Below are positions 18,297 through 26,943 of a stretch of 64,000 bases of DNA, in pieces. Below the pieces are notes generated by a model. It saw nothing but the letters and a program-made list of their open reading frames with translations. It was not told the DNA's origin and did not search any database. Positions within the stretch are counted from its first letter, which is position 1, and every line of letters begins with the position of its first letter. Source of the DNA: Pseudomonadales bacterium (GTDB taxonomy: Bacteria; Pseudomonadota; Gammaproteobacteria; Pseudomonadales; UBA7434); NCBI GenBank assembly GCA_965263235.1, contig OZ253667.1:770189-834188 (forward strand), in the 5' to 3' direction. Made by a program: the position numbers and the translations under genes.

Positions 18297-18594
18297 GGGC
18301 ATCCAAATCAGCTGATTATTAGTAATCCTGGTATCGCTAAATACCACTTTTAAAGCGCTCGGCGAAGTTATTGCGATCAATTTGATCGGTAGTCTATTAG
18401 CCGGTTTTTCAGGATTGATGTGATTTTTGAATACGACTTTTCATTTTAAATCAATGAGTTAGACTGCATTGTTTGACCTTGGTATCTGAGTCTTTTTTGC
18501 CAGCAACATGTAAGTGGGTGGTTGAAAAAGGGCTCGTCCTGTGGTCAAATGTCAGTCCCCTTGGCCCCTCCGAATAAATTCGTGGGGGTTTGAG

Positions 18595-18762
18595 ATGAAT
18601 GTCTTTCATTCAAAAGTAAATAAGTATGTCGCGAGACTATTTGTTTACAGCTTTACTAGAGGGTTTATGGTTTGGGCTAGATTGAGGTACGCTGGCCGAA
18701 CTACTGGAAGTGATGTGCTTGTTTTACGCGAGCGAAATTTGGTTCCAGTGCCGTCTCAATAA
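18595..18762 (+). CDS. Hypothetical 55-aa basic mini-protein (may instead be part of a non-coding RNA)
   Basis: The ATG lies 6 nt after a GGGGG run. Product: MNVFHSKVNKYVARLFVYSFTRGFMVWARLRYAGRTTGSDVLVLRERNLVPVPSQ. The stop is followed within ~18 nt by a strong terminator. No family recognised. Confidence 0.25.
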   Translation: MNVFHSKVNKYVARLFVYSFTRGFMVWARLRYAGRTTGSDVLVLRERNLVPVPSQ

Positions 18763-18777
18763 GCGCAGTGCCTAAGC

Positions 18778-18806
18778 AAAAGCCCGCTATACAGCGGGCT
18801 TTTGTG
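18778..18806 (+). terminator. Rho-independent terminator (bidirectional architecture)
   Basis: caAAAGCCCGCT-ATAC-AGCGGGCTTTTgtgg: a perfect 8-bp GC-rich stem extended by A/T pairs, a 4-nt loop, a T-run downstream and an A-run upstream. Confidence 0.8.
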
Positions 18807-18926
18807 GTTTAAGGAGAAAAGTTTTTCAGTCTTTGCGTACTCAGTTCGGCCTTTATTTTAGTGGCGATGTTCCGTCATGTATTGATTTTTTGCGTGAAGT
18901 TAACTTAGTCAATTAATCGTCAGGCT

Positions 18927-20066
18927 ATGAAAAAAATTATTTTTGCCACAACCGTATTTGATGACGTCAGTACAGGGCCGGGAACTTTCGCGAAATATTT
19001 GTGGGAATATTTTAGCGATAGCGGAGAGTTTGAATTTCATCTGGTTGCGCCAAATGTGAGAAGCGTAAGCCATGATAACGTACACTCTTTTTCAGGAGAT
19101 TCTTTTCCTAATCTGCATGTGGCCCTTTGCAGGGAAGTAGAGAAAGTAGAAGAGAAATGCGGGCCAATAGATATCGTTCATTGTAACAATGCGCATAGTA
19201 TGGGCAGCTTAAAGACTTCTGCTAAGTTGGTGTGTCAGATCAACGACTATGAAGTGGCAAGTGTGAGGAGCAATTTTCTAAAACAAATTAGATCCAAAGG
19301 GTTTAACCGGTGCTTACGGCTGATTTGGCGGTATTTTCAAGAAAAAAAAGTGTTGAAGCGGTGCGAGAGAGTAATTTGTAATTCGGAATATGTTCGCAAA
19401 ATAGTTACAAAAAGCTATAACATTTCAAGCTTACAGGCACAGGTTATTTATAAAGCTGTAGATTTGAGTGCCTTTAAAGAAGCAAAGCTTCGTGAAAGTC
19501 GAAGCGCATCTAGTGACTGTGGGTTGAAGTTGATTTTCGTTGGATCTAACTGGCGCATAAAAGGGTTAGACCTGCTTTTAGAAGCCATTATCTTAATACT
19601 TCCAGATTTGCCTAATATTCAACTTTGTGTAATTGGTAAGGAAAGTGAACCTCAAAATGTTATCATTAGAAGTAAGTATAAAAGCTTAGAATTGGACGGG
19701 CACGTTACTTATGTCGGTAGGCTCGATAAGAATGAAATTGCGCAGTTGATGCATCTCTCGGACATTGCGGTATTGCCTAGTCGTCAAGAGGCTCTTGGAG
19801 TTGCTTTATTGGAAGCAATGGCTTCAGGTACTCCGGTAATTGCCTCGAATGTTGGAGGTATACCGGAGATTCTGAACGAAGGGCAAGCAGGTGTGCTGTT
19901 CGATGTGGATGATGCTTTAGCGTTGGCGTCTGCTATAAAGTCGCTGTCTAATTCAGAGCTCGATCGTATGTCTTACCGATCGATTGGCTTGGAGCGTTCA
20001 AAGTATTTTTCGAAAGAGATTATGTTTGATCAGTTAACCAGCTTATATAGAGAGCTGTCTGCATAG
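18927..20066 (+). CDS. Glycosyltransferase family 4
   Basis: 379-aa ORF. SRQEALGVALLEAMASGTPVIASNVGGIPEIL (EX7E region). Paralogue of 14713-15906. Confidence 0.85.
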   Translation: MKKIIFATTVFDDVSTGPGTFAKYLWEYFSDSGEFEFHLVAPNVRSVSHDNVHSFSGDSFPNLHVALCREVEKVEEKCGPIDIVHCNNAHSMGSLKTSAKLVCQINDYEVASVRSNFLKQIRSKGFNRCLRLIWRYFQEKKVLKRCERVICNSEYVRKIVTKSYNISSLQAQVIYKAVDLSAFKEAKLRESRSASSDCGLKLIFVGSNWRIKGLDLLLEAIILILPDLPNIQLCVIGKESEPQNVIIRSKYKSLELDGHVTYVGRLDKNEIAQLMHLSDIAVLPSRQEALGVALLEAMASGTPVIASNVGGIPEILNEGQAGVLFDVDDALALASAIKSLSNSELDRMSYRSIGLERSKYFSKEIMFDQLTSLYRELSA

Positions 20067-20144
20067 TCCACTTATCATAATTAGTCCATATTTTGCTATT
20101 CTTACTTGCATCACGCGTGATTCTCCTAATTACGATTAAAGTCA

Positions 20145-22262
20145 ATGAAACAACTCCTTCAAAATTTAAACTCTGGAGATACCCTTCTCGAAGAAGTACC
20201 GGTTCCCACCTGCATGCCCGATGGTTTACTGATTAGCACCACCAAAACTCTGGTATCTGCGGGAACCGAGCGCATGCTGGTCGATTTTGGCCGTGGCAAT
20301 TACCTGCAAAAAGCGATGCAGCAGCCTGATAAGGTTAAGCAGGTAATCGAGAAAGCCAAGACAGATGGGATTGCACAAACGGTTGATACTGTCCGGAATA
20401 AATTAGACACTCCCTTGCCATTAGGTTATTGCAACGTAGGTGTTGTTGCTGAGAGTCGTGCTGATGATTTCAGCGTTGGTGATCGCGTGGTTTCCAATGG
20501 TAAGCACGCTGAGTTTGTTGCGGTTCCCAAAAATCTTTGCGCGAAGATTCCAGACAGTGTCGATGATGAGTCTGCGGCCTTTACTGTCATCGGCGCAATC
20601 GCTTTACAGGGCATTCGTCTAATAAAGCCAACCTTGGGTGAAACCGTTGTTGTCACGGGTTTAGGACTAATCGGTTTGGTCGCTGTACAGCTTCTACGTG
20701 CTCATGGTTGTCGTGTTTTAGGTATCGATTTTGATTCTTCAAAATGTGAGCTGGCTAAGCAGCTTGGTGCGGAGGTGGTTGATTTAAGTAAAGGCCAGGA
20801 CCCGCTTGTGGTTGCAGAAAAGTATTCCAGGGGTCGTGGAGTTGATGCAGTATTGATAACGGCATCTACTAAAAGTAACGAGCCAATACATCAAGCCGCG
20901 ACGATGTGTCGCAAGAGAGGAAGGATAGTGCTTGTCGGGGTCGTGGGCATGGAAATGTCGCGCGCAGACTTTTACGAAAAGGAGCTTTCTTTTCAGGTGT
21001 CATGCTCTTATGGACCAGGGCGTTACGATGCTGAGTACGAAGATAAAGGCAATGACTACCCGTTAGGTTTTGTACGTTGGACAGAGCAGCGTAATTTTGA
21101 GGCGATTCTCGACATGATGGCTGATGGCCGTATCGATATGCAGCCTTTAATTAGTCATCGTTTTCTTTTGGCGCAAGCGGTAGAGGCTTATGACCTAATT
21201 GCTAACGGTAGCCCTCTGGGCGTCTTGCTTGAATATCCACAGGACGCTGAGATAGTGCGCACTGTTTCGCTTGGCGCGAGATCCAGTGCCTCGAATAGCA
21301 GTGTGACTATAAATGCTCAAACTCCTTGTATTGGTTTTATTGGAGCGGGCAATTATGCTTCAGCAGTATTAGTGCCTGCCTTTGCCAAAACAGGCGCACG
21401 CTTAAAAACGATTGCCTCGGCAACGGGTGTGAGCAGTGTGCACGTTGGTAAGAAGAATGGCGTTGAGTCCGCAACGACGGACTCGGACAGTTTGTTATCT
21501 GATGCAGATATCAATGCATTGGTGGTTACTACTCGCCACAATAGTCATGCCAAATGGGTTAATCGATGCCTGGATGCTGGTAAGCATTGCTTTGTTGAAA
21601 AGCCACTAGCTTTAACTCGCCAGGAACTGCAAGGAATAAACAAAAAGTACACCGGACTAGATAAGAAGCCGGTGTTGATGGTTGGCTTTAACCGCAGATA
21701 CTCTACGCTCGTACAGCAATTAAAAACCGCGATGGACAAACGCAGCCAACCTAAAGCGTTGACTATGATTGTAAACGCGGGTGAAATTCCTGCTGATCAT
21801 TGGACGCAAGATCCTGAGCTAGGAGGAGGGCGAATTATTGGCGAGGGTTGCCATTTTATTGATCTTTTGCGTTACCTGGTTGGACAGAAAATAACTTCTG
21901 TACAGACGCAATCAATGGATTCCACGTGTAACGACTCTGTTATGGTGCAATTGGGCTTTGCGGACGGGTCGGTAGGCTCTGTTCATTACCTGGCTAACGG
22001 CCATAAAGGTTTGGCGAAGGAGCGTCTGGAGGTTTTTTGTGGTGGATCAATCGCGCAAATAAATAATTTTCGATCCCTGAAGTCGATTGGTTGGGATGGT
22101 CTTAAATCTCAAAGTCTTTGGAGGCAGGATAAGGGGCAGGCGGCCTGTTCGCAGGCGTTTATTGAAGCGATTAGAACCGGCGATACCGCGCAGCTTATTC
22201 CATTCAATGAATTGCAAGAAGTGGCTAATGCCTGTTTTGATGTTGTTGAGCAGATTTCTTAA
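20145..22262 (+). CDS. Bi-domain oxidoreductase: N-terminal MDR/alcohol-dehydrogenase-like domain fused to C-terminal Gfo/Idh/MocA domain
   Basis: 705-aa ORF. The N-half has VVVTGLGLIGLVAVQL (GxGxxG) in an MDR-like context. The C-half has IGFIGAGNYASAVLVPAF, CFVEKPL, GFNRRYS and GEGCHFIDLL. Confidence 0.8.
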   Translation: MKQLLQNLNSGDTLLEEVPVPTCMPDGLLISTTKTLVSAGTERMLVDFGRGNYLQKAMQQPDKVKQVIEKAKTDGIAQTVDTVRNKLDTPLPLGYCNVGVVAESRADDFSVGDRVVSNGKHAEFVAVPKNLCAKIPDSVDDESAAFTVIGAIALQGIRLIKPTLGETVVVTGLGLIGLVAVQLLRAHGCRVLGIDFDSSKCELAKQLGAEVVDLSKGQDPLVVAEKYSRGRGVDAVLITASTKSNEPIHQAATMCRKRGRIVLVGVVGMEMSRADFYEKELSFQVSCSYGPGRYDAEYEDKGNDYPLGFVRWTEQRNFEAILDMMADGRIDMQPLISHRFLLAQAVEAYDLIANGSPLGVLLEYPQDAEIVRTVSLGARSSASNSSVTINAQTPCIGFIGAGNYASAVLVPAFAKTGARLKTIASATGVSSVHVGKKNGVESATTDSDSLLSDADINALVVTTRHNSHAKWVNRCLDAGKHCFVEKPLALTRQELQGINKKYTGLDKKPVLMVGFNRRYSTLVQQLKTAMDKRSQPKALTMIVNAGEIPADHWTQDPELGGGRIIGEGCHFIDLLRYLVGQKITSVQTQSMDSTCNDSVMVQLGFADGSVGSVHYLANGHKGLAKERLEVFCGGSIAQINNFRSLKSIGWDGLKSQSLWRQDKGQAACSQAFIEAIRTGDTAQLIPFNELQEVANACFDVVEQIS

Positions 22263-22288
22263 AAATCTAGAAATCTAATAACGCTATT

Positions 22289-23986
22289 ATGCTAAGACTA
22301 AGCCGCTTGTTTTATACGCTTGTATATTTAAAGCCAATGCAGTTGGCTTTTTTTATATGGCGAAGAAAATTCTCAGCCAGGACAGTTCACAAGAAAAAGT
22401 TGTTAGGACTCTCGGCTAACGGGGAGTTTTCGCTCGCGAGCCCAATTGCAGTTGATGGAGGCGTAAAAAACGAAGGGCTTTTCGAGTTTCTAAACATATC
22501 GCAACGCTTTGACGCCGTGGACTGGACAAGTGATGGCAAGCCAAGATTGTGGAGCTATAACCTCCACTATTTTGATTATCTGCGTAATGAGACTGTTTCA
22601 GTTGACTATAGATTTTCGCTCATCGATAGCTGGATAAAAAACAATAAGGAAAATACCCAGCCCGGCTGGGAGCCTTTTACGATGAGTTTACGGATTGTAA
22701 ACTGGATTTTCTTTTTTTCGAAAAAGCGTTCGTTACTTTCTTCCGGGGTTTTGAATGGTTTATATCTTCAGGCTTTGTGGCTGGAGCAAAACGATGAGCG
22801 CCACATCCTGGCAAATCATTATTTTGAAAACTTAAAGGCGTTGCTTTTTGCGGGTTGTTTTTTTGAGGGAAACGATGCAAAACGCTGGCGCGAAAAAGCG
22901 ATAAGCGAGCTTGCTACTCAGCTCAAAGAGCAAATGCTTGGCGATGGCGGGCACTATGAGCGCAGCCCCCAGTATCATTGCTTGATGCTTGAAAACTATT
23001 TGGATATTTATAATCTCGTAGATCGTAATTCTGAGTTTTTTAGTTCCAGCTTTAAGTTGCTTGTTGGAGAAACTTCAGAGAAAGCGCTGAAGTTTTTAAG
23101 CGGTATTGTCTTTCCAGATAAACAAATACCGCTATTCAACGATTCTGCTTTTGGCGTTGCGCCAACACTCGATGCTCTGGAATCCTATGCCAAACATCTT
23201 TTTGCCTATGAGCCATCACAGGTAAACGATACTGTTATTCAAATGGATGAGACCGGGTTGTATGGCATCCGTCGTGGTTTGGATATGCTACTTATGGACT
23301 GTGGTGACATAGGGCCTGGCTATCAGCCGGGGCATACACACTGCGATTTCTTAAGCTACGAGTTAATGAGGGATGGCCAGAGAGTTATTGTAGATACTGG
23401 GGTGTGCGAGTATGCGCCGGGGGAAACTAGAAAATATCTTCGAAGTACGAGTGCGCATAATACTGTGGTGGTTAATGGCCTTGAACAGTCTGAAGTTTGG
23501 GGAGAGTTCAGGGTGGCGAGAAGAGCCAGGAAGGTTGAAGCCGTTGTCGAGGAAAGCGATGGTTTGGTGAGTTTGCGGGGAAGTTTTAATGGTTTCTATG
23601 CCTCACGATTCCACTGGAAGCCGGATTTTAGTCATGCTCGGCAAATCGATGTAAAGTTGCTTAAAGACAGCCTAGCTGATATTCGTGTTTGCGATAAGAT
23701 CAGGGCTTTAAAAGGCTCTGAAACCAGTATATCTGCGGAAAGCTACGTGCACTTTCACCCCGATATTCTGCTCCAGGAGTTGAGCAACGATGGGCAGTCA
23801 GGCTTTGCTATTTTGCGAGGAGAGAGAGTTGTCGCACAGCTAAGATTCTCGTCAGTATTTCAATATGAGGTTCAAGACGGGATCTATTGCCCAGAGTTTG
23901 GCCGAAAAGAGCGTAATAAATGTCTGGTACTTAGCGCTGACGGTGTTGGTACTCTGGAAATTGGCTACAGCATTGTCTTTACTTAG
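22289..23986 (+). CDS. Heparinase II/III-family (alginate-lyase-like) protein
   Basis: 565-aa ORF with no obvious signal peptide. C-half GYQPGHTHCDFLSYELMRDGQRVIVDTGVCEYAPGETRKYLRSTSAHNTVVVNGLEQSE matches the Hepar_II_III domain pattern (GHxHxD...D.G...Y...R...aHNT). Confidence 0.8.
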   Translation: MLRLSRLFYTLVYLKPMQLAFFIWRRKFSARTVHKKKLLGLSANGEFSLASPIAVDGGVKNEGLFEFLNISQRFDAVDWTSDGKPRLWSYNLHYFDYLRNETVSVDYRFSLIDSWIKNNKENTQPGWEPFTMSLRIVNWIFFFSKKRSLLSSGVLNGLYLQALWLEQNDERHILANHYFENLKALLFAGCFFEGNDAKRWREKAISELATQLKEQMLGDGGHYERSPQYHCLMLENYLDIYNLVDRNSEFFSSSFKLLVGETSEKALKFLSGIVFPDKQIPLFNDSAFGVAPTLDALESYAKHLFAYEPSQVNDTVIQMDETGLYGIRRGLDMLLMDCGDIGPGYQPGHTHCDFLSYELMRDGQRVIVDTGVCEYAPGETRKYLRSTSAHNTVVVNGLEQSEVWGEFRVARRARKVEAVVEESDGLVSLRGSFNGFYASRFHWKPDFSHARQIDVKLLKDSLADIRVCDKIRALKGSETSISAESYVHFHPDILLQELSNDGQSGFAILRGERVVAQLRFSSVFQYEVQDGIYCPEFGRKERNKCLVLSADGVGTLEIGYSIVFT

Positions 23987-24047
23987 AAGTTAATGGCTTT
24001 TAAAACGACCAGAATCAGAAAGCATACTTTGTAGGTAGAGACGGCGC

Positions 24048-25259
24048 TTGAGAATCTTATTTTTATCTCACTATTTTCCTCCAGAGGTCAACGCGCCAGC
24101 CACGCGTACTTATGAGCATTGTAAAGTATGGGTAGAGCAAGGGCATGAGGTTACCGTAGTAAGCTGTGTCCCACATCACCCAATGGGTGAAGCTTATCCT
24201 GGCTATAAAAATAAGCTTTATCAGGTGGAAGAGCGCGATGGCATTAAGATCGTTCACCTGCTTACCTATATAACGGCGAACGAAGGTTTTTTAAAGCGTA
24301 CCTTCAATTACGTTTTTTATATGTTGATGAGTATTTTGGCCGCGCCGTTTTTGCCTAAAGCCGATGTTGTGGTTTCGACATCGCCGCAATTTTTTAATGG
24401 GTTGGCGGGCTATTTTGTAGCGCGAATGAAGCGTGCAAAGTGGGTGCTCGAAATTCGCGATTTGTGGCCGGAATCTATCGTTGCTGTAGGTGCGATTGAA
24501 AACCGAACGGTAATTAGAGCGCTGGAGCGGATTGAGCGTTTTGTTTATCGTAAGGCCGACTCTATTGTGGCTGTGACAAATGCGTTTAAAACACATATTG
24601 TCCGTTGTGGAGGCAGTGCGGAGAAAATATCGGTAATCAGGAATGGTGTCGATTTGGCGCTGTTTTCAGAAGTTGAAAAAGATGCGGCGCTGGAAGACGC
24701 GTGGGGGTTGGCAGACAAGTTTGTCGCCGCTTACGTCGGGACACACGGTATGGCACATGGACTGGATACCGTTTTAGATGCGGCAGAATTGATAAAGGAT
24801 AGAGATGATATTGTCTTTTTGATGGTTGGCGCGGGCGCTGAACGTGAGCGCTTGCTGGACGAAAAGCAACGTCGCGGCTTGGACAATGTGATCATGAAGG
24901 AGCAGCAGCCAAAGTCGGCAATGCCAAAGATTTGGGCAATGACAGACATCAGCCTTGTGCTATTGAAAAGGCTGGATTTGTTTAAAACAGTCATTCCCTC
25001 AAAAATATTTGAAAGTATGGCTATGGGTAAACCGATTGTGCTGGGTGTGGAGGGAGAAGTAAAAACGATTGTTGAGGACTCTGCATCCGGGCTTTGTATC
25101 AAGCCTGAAAGTGCTGAGGCATTGGCGAGCGCGGTTGTGAAGTTATCCGATGATAAAGACAGCTATAAGGCGACGTCGCGTGCCGGTAGGCCTTATGTGG
25201 CACGAGAGTTTGATCGAAAACGTCTGGCTCTCGAAATGTTGAAAGAATTTAGTGAATAA
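24048..25259 (+). CDS. Glycosyltransferase family 4, WbuB-like
   Basis: 403-aa ORF, TTG start. MRILFLSHYFPPEVNAPATRTYEHCKVW is the characteristic WbuB-like opening. C-terminal SKIFESMAMGKPIVLGVEGE. Confidence 0.85.
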   Translation: MRILFLSHYFPPEVNAPATRTYEHCKVWVEQGHEVTVVSCVPHHPMGEAYPGYKNKLYQVEERDGIKIVHLLTYITANEGFLKRTFNYVFYMLMSILAAPFLPKADVVVSTSPQFFNGLAGYFVARMKRAKWVLEIRDLWPESIVAVGAIENRTVIRALERIERFVYRKADSIVAVTNAFKTHIVRCGGSAEKISVIRNGVDLALFSEVEKDAALEDAWGLADKFVAAYVGTHGMAHGLDTVLDAAELIKDRDDIVFLMVGAGAERERLLDEKQRRGLDNVIMKEQQPKSAMPKIWAMTDISLVLLKRLDLFKTVIPSKIFESMAMGKPIVLGVEGEVKTIVEDSASGLCIKPESAEALASAVVKLSDDKDSYKATSRAGRPYVAREFDRKRLALEMLKEFSE

Positions 25260-25273
25260 AATACATCTTCGAT

Positions 25274-26896
25274 TTGGCAAAAGATATGAACGGGTCTAGT
25301 GAAATTGATAAATCAGTGAGCGGCAACGACGTTTTTTTAAGTCGTTCATTTTTGCTGTTTATTGTATCGGTTGGTCTATGGGCATGGGTATGTCGTGAGG
25401 GCATATCTTTAATGGTGAGTTGGTGGAGTCGTGATGAGTATAGTCATGGCTATTTAATTCCGTTAGTCGCGGCCTATCTGGCCTTTCAAAAGAGGGCAGC
25501 ATTGAGTTCAGTCGCAAGGCCTGGCTCGTGGTTTGGGGTGCTGGTTTTGTTCGGCGCCTTGGGGATCTGGTTGCTGGGAGAGATAAGCTCCATCTATACC
25601 ATTATTCAGTATGGTTTTTGGGTTGGTATTTGGGCACTAGGGTTTTTGTGGGTTGGCATAAAAGGCGTGCGTGTCATTTGGGCTGCGTTTTTCTACCTGT
25701 TTTTTATGATTCCGTTGCCCAATTTTTTGTTTTTTAACTTATCACAAGAGCTACAGTTAATTTCTTCGTCGTTAGGTGTCGCCGTTATCCGTTTGTTTGA
25801 TATTAGCGTCTTCCTCGAAGGCAACGTTATTGATCTGGGTGTTTATCAGCTTCAGGTTGTTGAAGCTTGTAGCGGATTACGATACCTCTTTCCTTTGATG
25901 AGCTTTGGTTTTTTGATTGCTTATATCTATAAGGGGCCGATGTGGCAGCGCTTTGTAATTTTCGCCTCAACGGTTCCCATTACAGTATTGATGAATAGTT
26001 TTCGAATCGGTGTGATAGGCGTTACCGTTGAATATTTTGGAATCGCAGCGGCCGAAGGGTTTTTGCATGATTTTGAAGGCTGGTTTGTGTTTATGGCGTG
26101 CCTTGGTGTCCTGCTGTTAGAGATTTGGGTTTTCTACATGTTTTCGCGAAAGGGTGCGAGGTTTTCTGAGCTGTTCGACCTGGACTTTGGCGCAGCGGAT
26201 AAAATTGAAGGCGATTCACAAGCTCGTCCGCCGTACGATTCCTCTCGTTTAGCCGCTTCAGCGCTAATCGGTGCGGTAATTCTTGCAATGATGATTCCCG
26301 CTGTTGACGTCATTCAATCGAGACAAGATGTTGTTCCAGATCGTGCTCGCTTTGTTGAGCTTCCGCTTAGGATGGGTGAATGGGTTGGTCGAGAGTCGGC
26401 TTTAGAGGAAGATGTATTGGGGGAGTTAAAGCTAACGGATTATTTTATTGGCGATTTTTCTCGATCGAACGCTGAGCCTACTGTTAATTTTTATACCGCC
26501 TGGTATGAAGAGCAGCGCAAAGGCGCGTCTATCCACTCGCCAAAATCCTGTTTGCCAGGCGGCGGCTGGGTTATCCAGAGCCACACTATTGATCCTGTTG
26601 CGGCGATTGACGCCTACGGTAGCCCCTTAAATGTTAATCGTGTGGTGATGCAAATGGGCAAGCATCAGCAACTGGTTTACTACTGGTTCCAGGGCAGAGG
26701 AAGAAATATTACTAACGAGTATCTGGCTAAGTGGTATATTTTTTGGGATTCCTTAACCCGTCGTAGAACTGATGGGGCACTAGTGCGATTGGTCACCTAT
26801 GTACCTGAAGGCACGGATGTAAGCATGGCTGACGAGCGTTTGTCTGACTATTTGCAGGTGTTGTATCCGCGCTTGCCCACGCATATTCCTGATTGA
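25274..26896 (+). CDS. Exosortase (EpsH/Xrt family, XrtA-like context) fused to a C-terminal EpsI-family domain
   Basis: 540-aa ORF (ATG 25286 is an alternative start). DEYSHGYLIP opening. Catalytic-type motifs VEACSGLRYLFPLM (Cys), NSFRIGVIG (Arg) and LHDFEGW (His). The C-terminal ~200 aa (MGEWVGRES...FYTAWYEEQRKGASIHSPKSCLPGGGW...YYWFQGRGR...RRTDGALVRL) matches the EpsI family pattern. Confidence 0.85.
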   Translation: MAKDMNGSSEIDKSVSGNDVFLSRSFLLFIVSVGLWAWVCREGISLMVSWWSRDEYSHGYLIPLVAAYLAFQKRAALSSVARPGSWFGVLVLFGALGIWLLGEISSIYTIIQYGFWVGIWALGFLWVGIKGVRVIWAAFFYLFFMIPLPNFLFFNLSQELQLISSSLGVAVIRLFDISVFLEGNVIDLGVYQLQVVEACSGLRYLFPLMSFGFLIAYIYKGPMWQRFVIFASTVPITVLMNSFRIGVIGVTVEYFGIAAAEGFLHDFEGWFVFMACLGVLLLEIWVFYMFSRKGARFSELFDLDFGAADKIEGDSQARPPYDSSRLAASALIGAVILAMMIPAVDVIQSRQDVVPDRARFVELPLRMGEWVGRESALEEDVLGELKLTDYFIGDFSRSNAEPTVNFYTAWYEEQRKGASIHSPKSCLPGGGWVIQSHTIDPVAAIDAYGSPLNVNRVVMQMGKHQQLVYYWFQGRGRNITNEYLAKWYIFWDSLTRRRTDGALVRLVTYVPEGTDVSMADERLSDYLQVLYPRLPTHIPD

Positions 26897-26943
26897 CCTG
26901 TCAGGTTTTATGTCGATGTTGTGTGTTTGATGGTGTTTGAACG

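Noticed and set aside
18541-18594. Upstream GTG-initiated extension of the mini-ORF (track ORF 18541-18762, 73 aa)
   Set aside because: The extension runs through the stable hairpin at 18565-18588 and has no SD. The internal ATG at 18595 has a GGGGG run 6 nt upstream. Even the short version is reported only at low confidence.
18742-18762. C-terminal '...VPVPSQ' of the mini-ORF as a possible exosortase sorting signal (VPLPA/PEP-CTERM-like)
   Set aside because: Exosortase signals consist of the motif followed by a transmembrane helix and a basic tail. Here the peptide simply ends after the motif, and there is no signal peptide.
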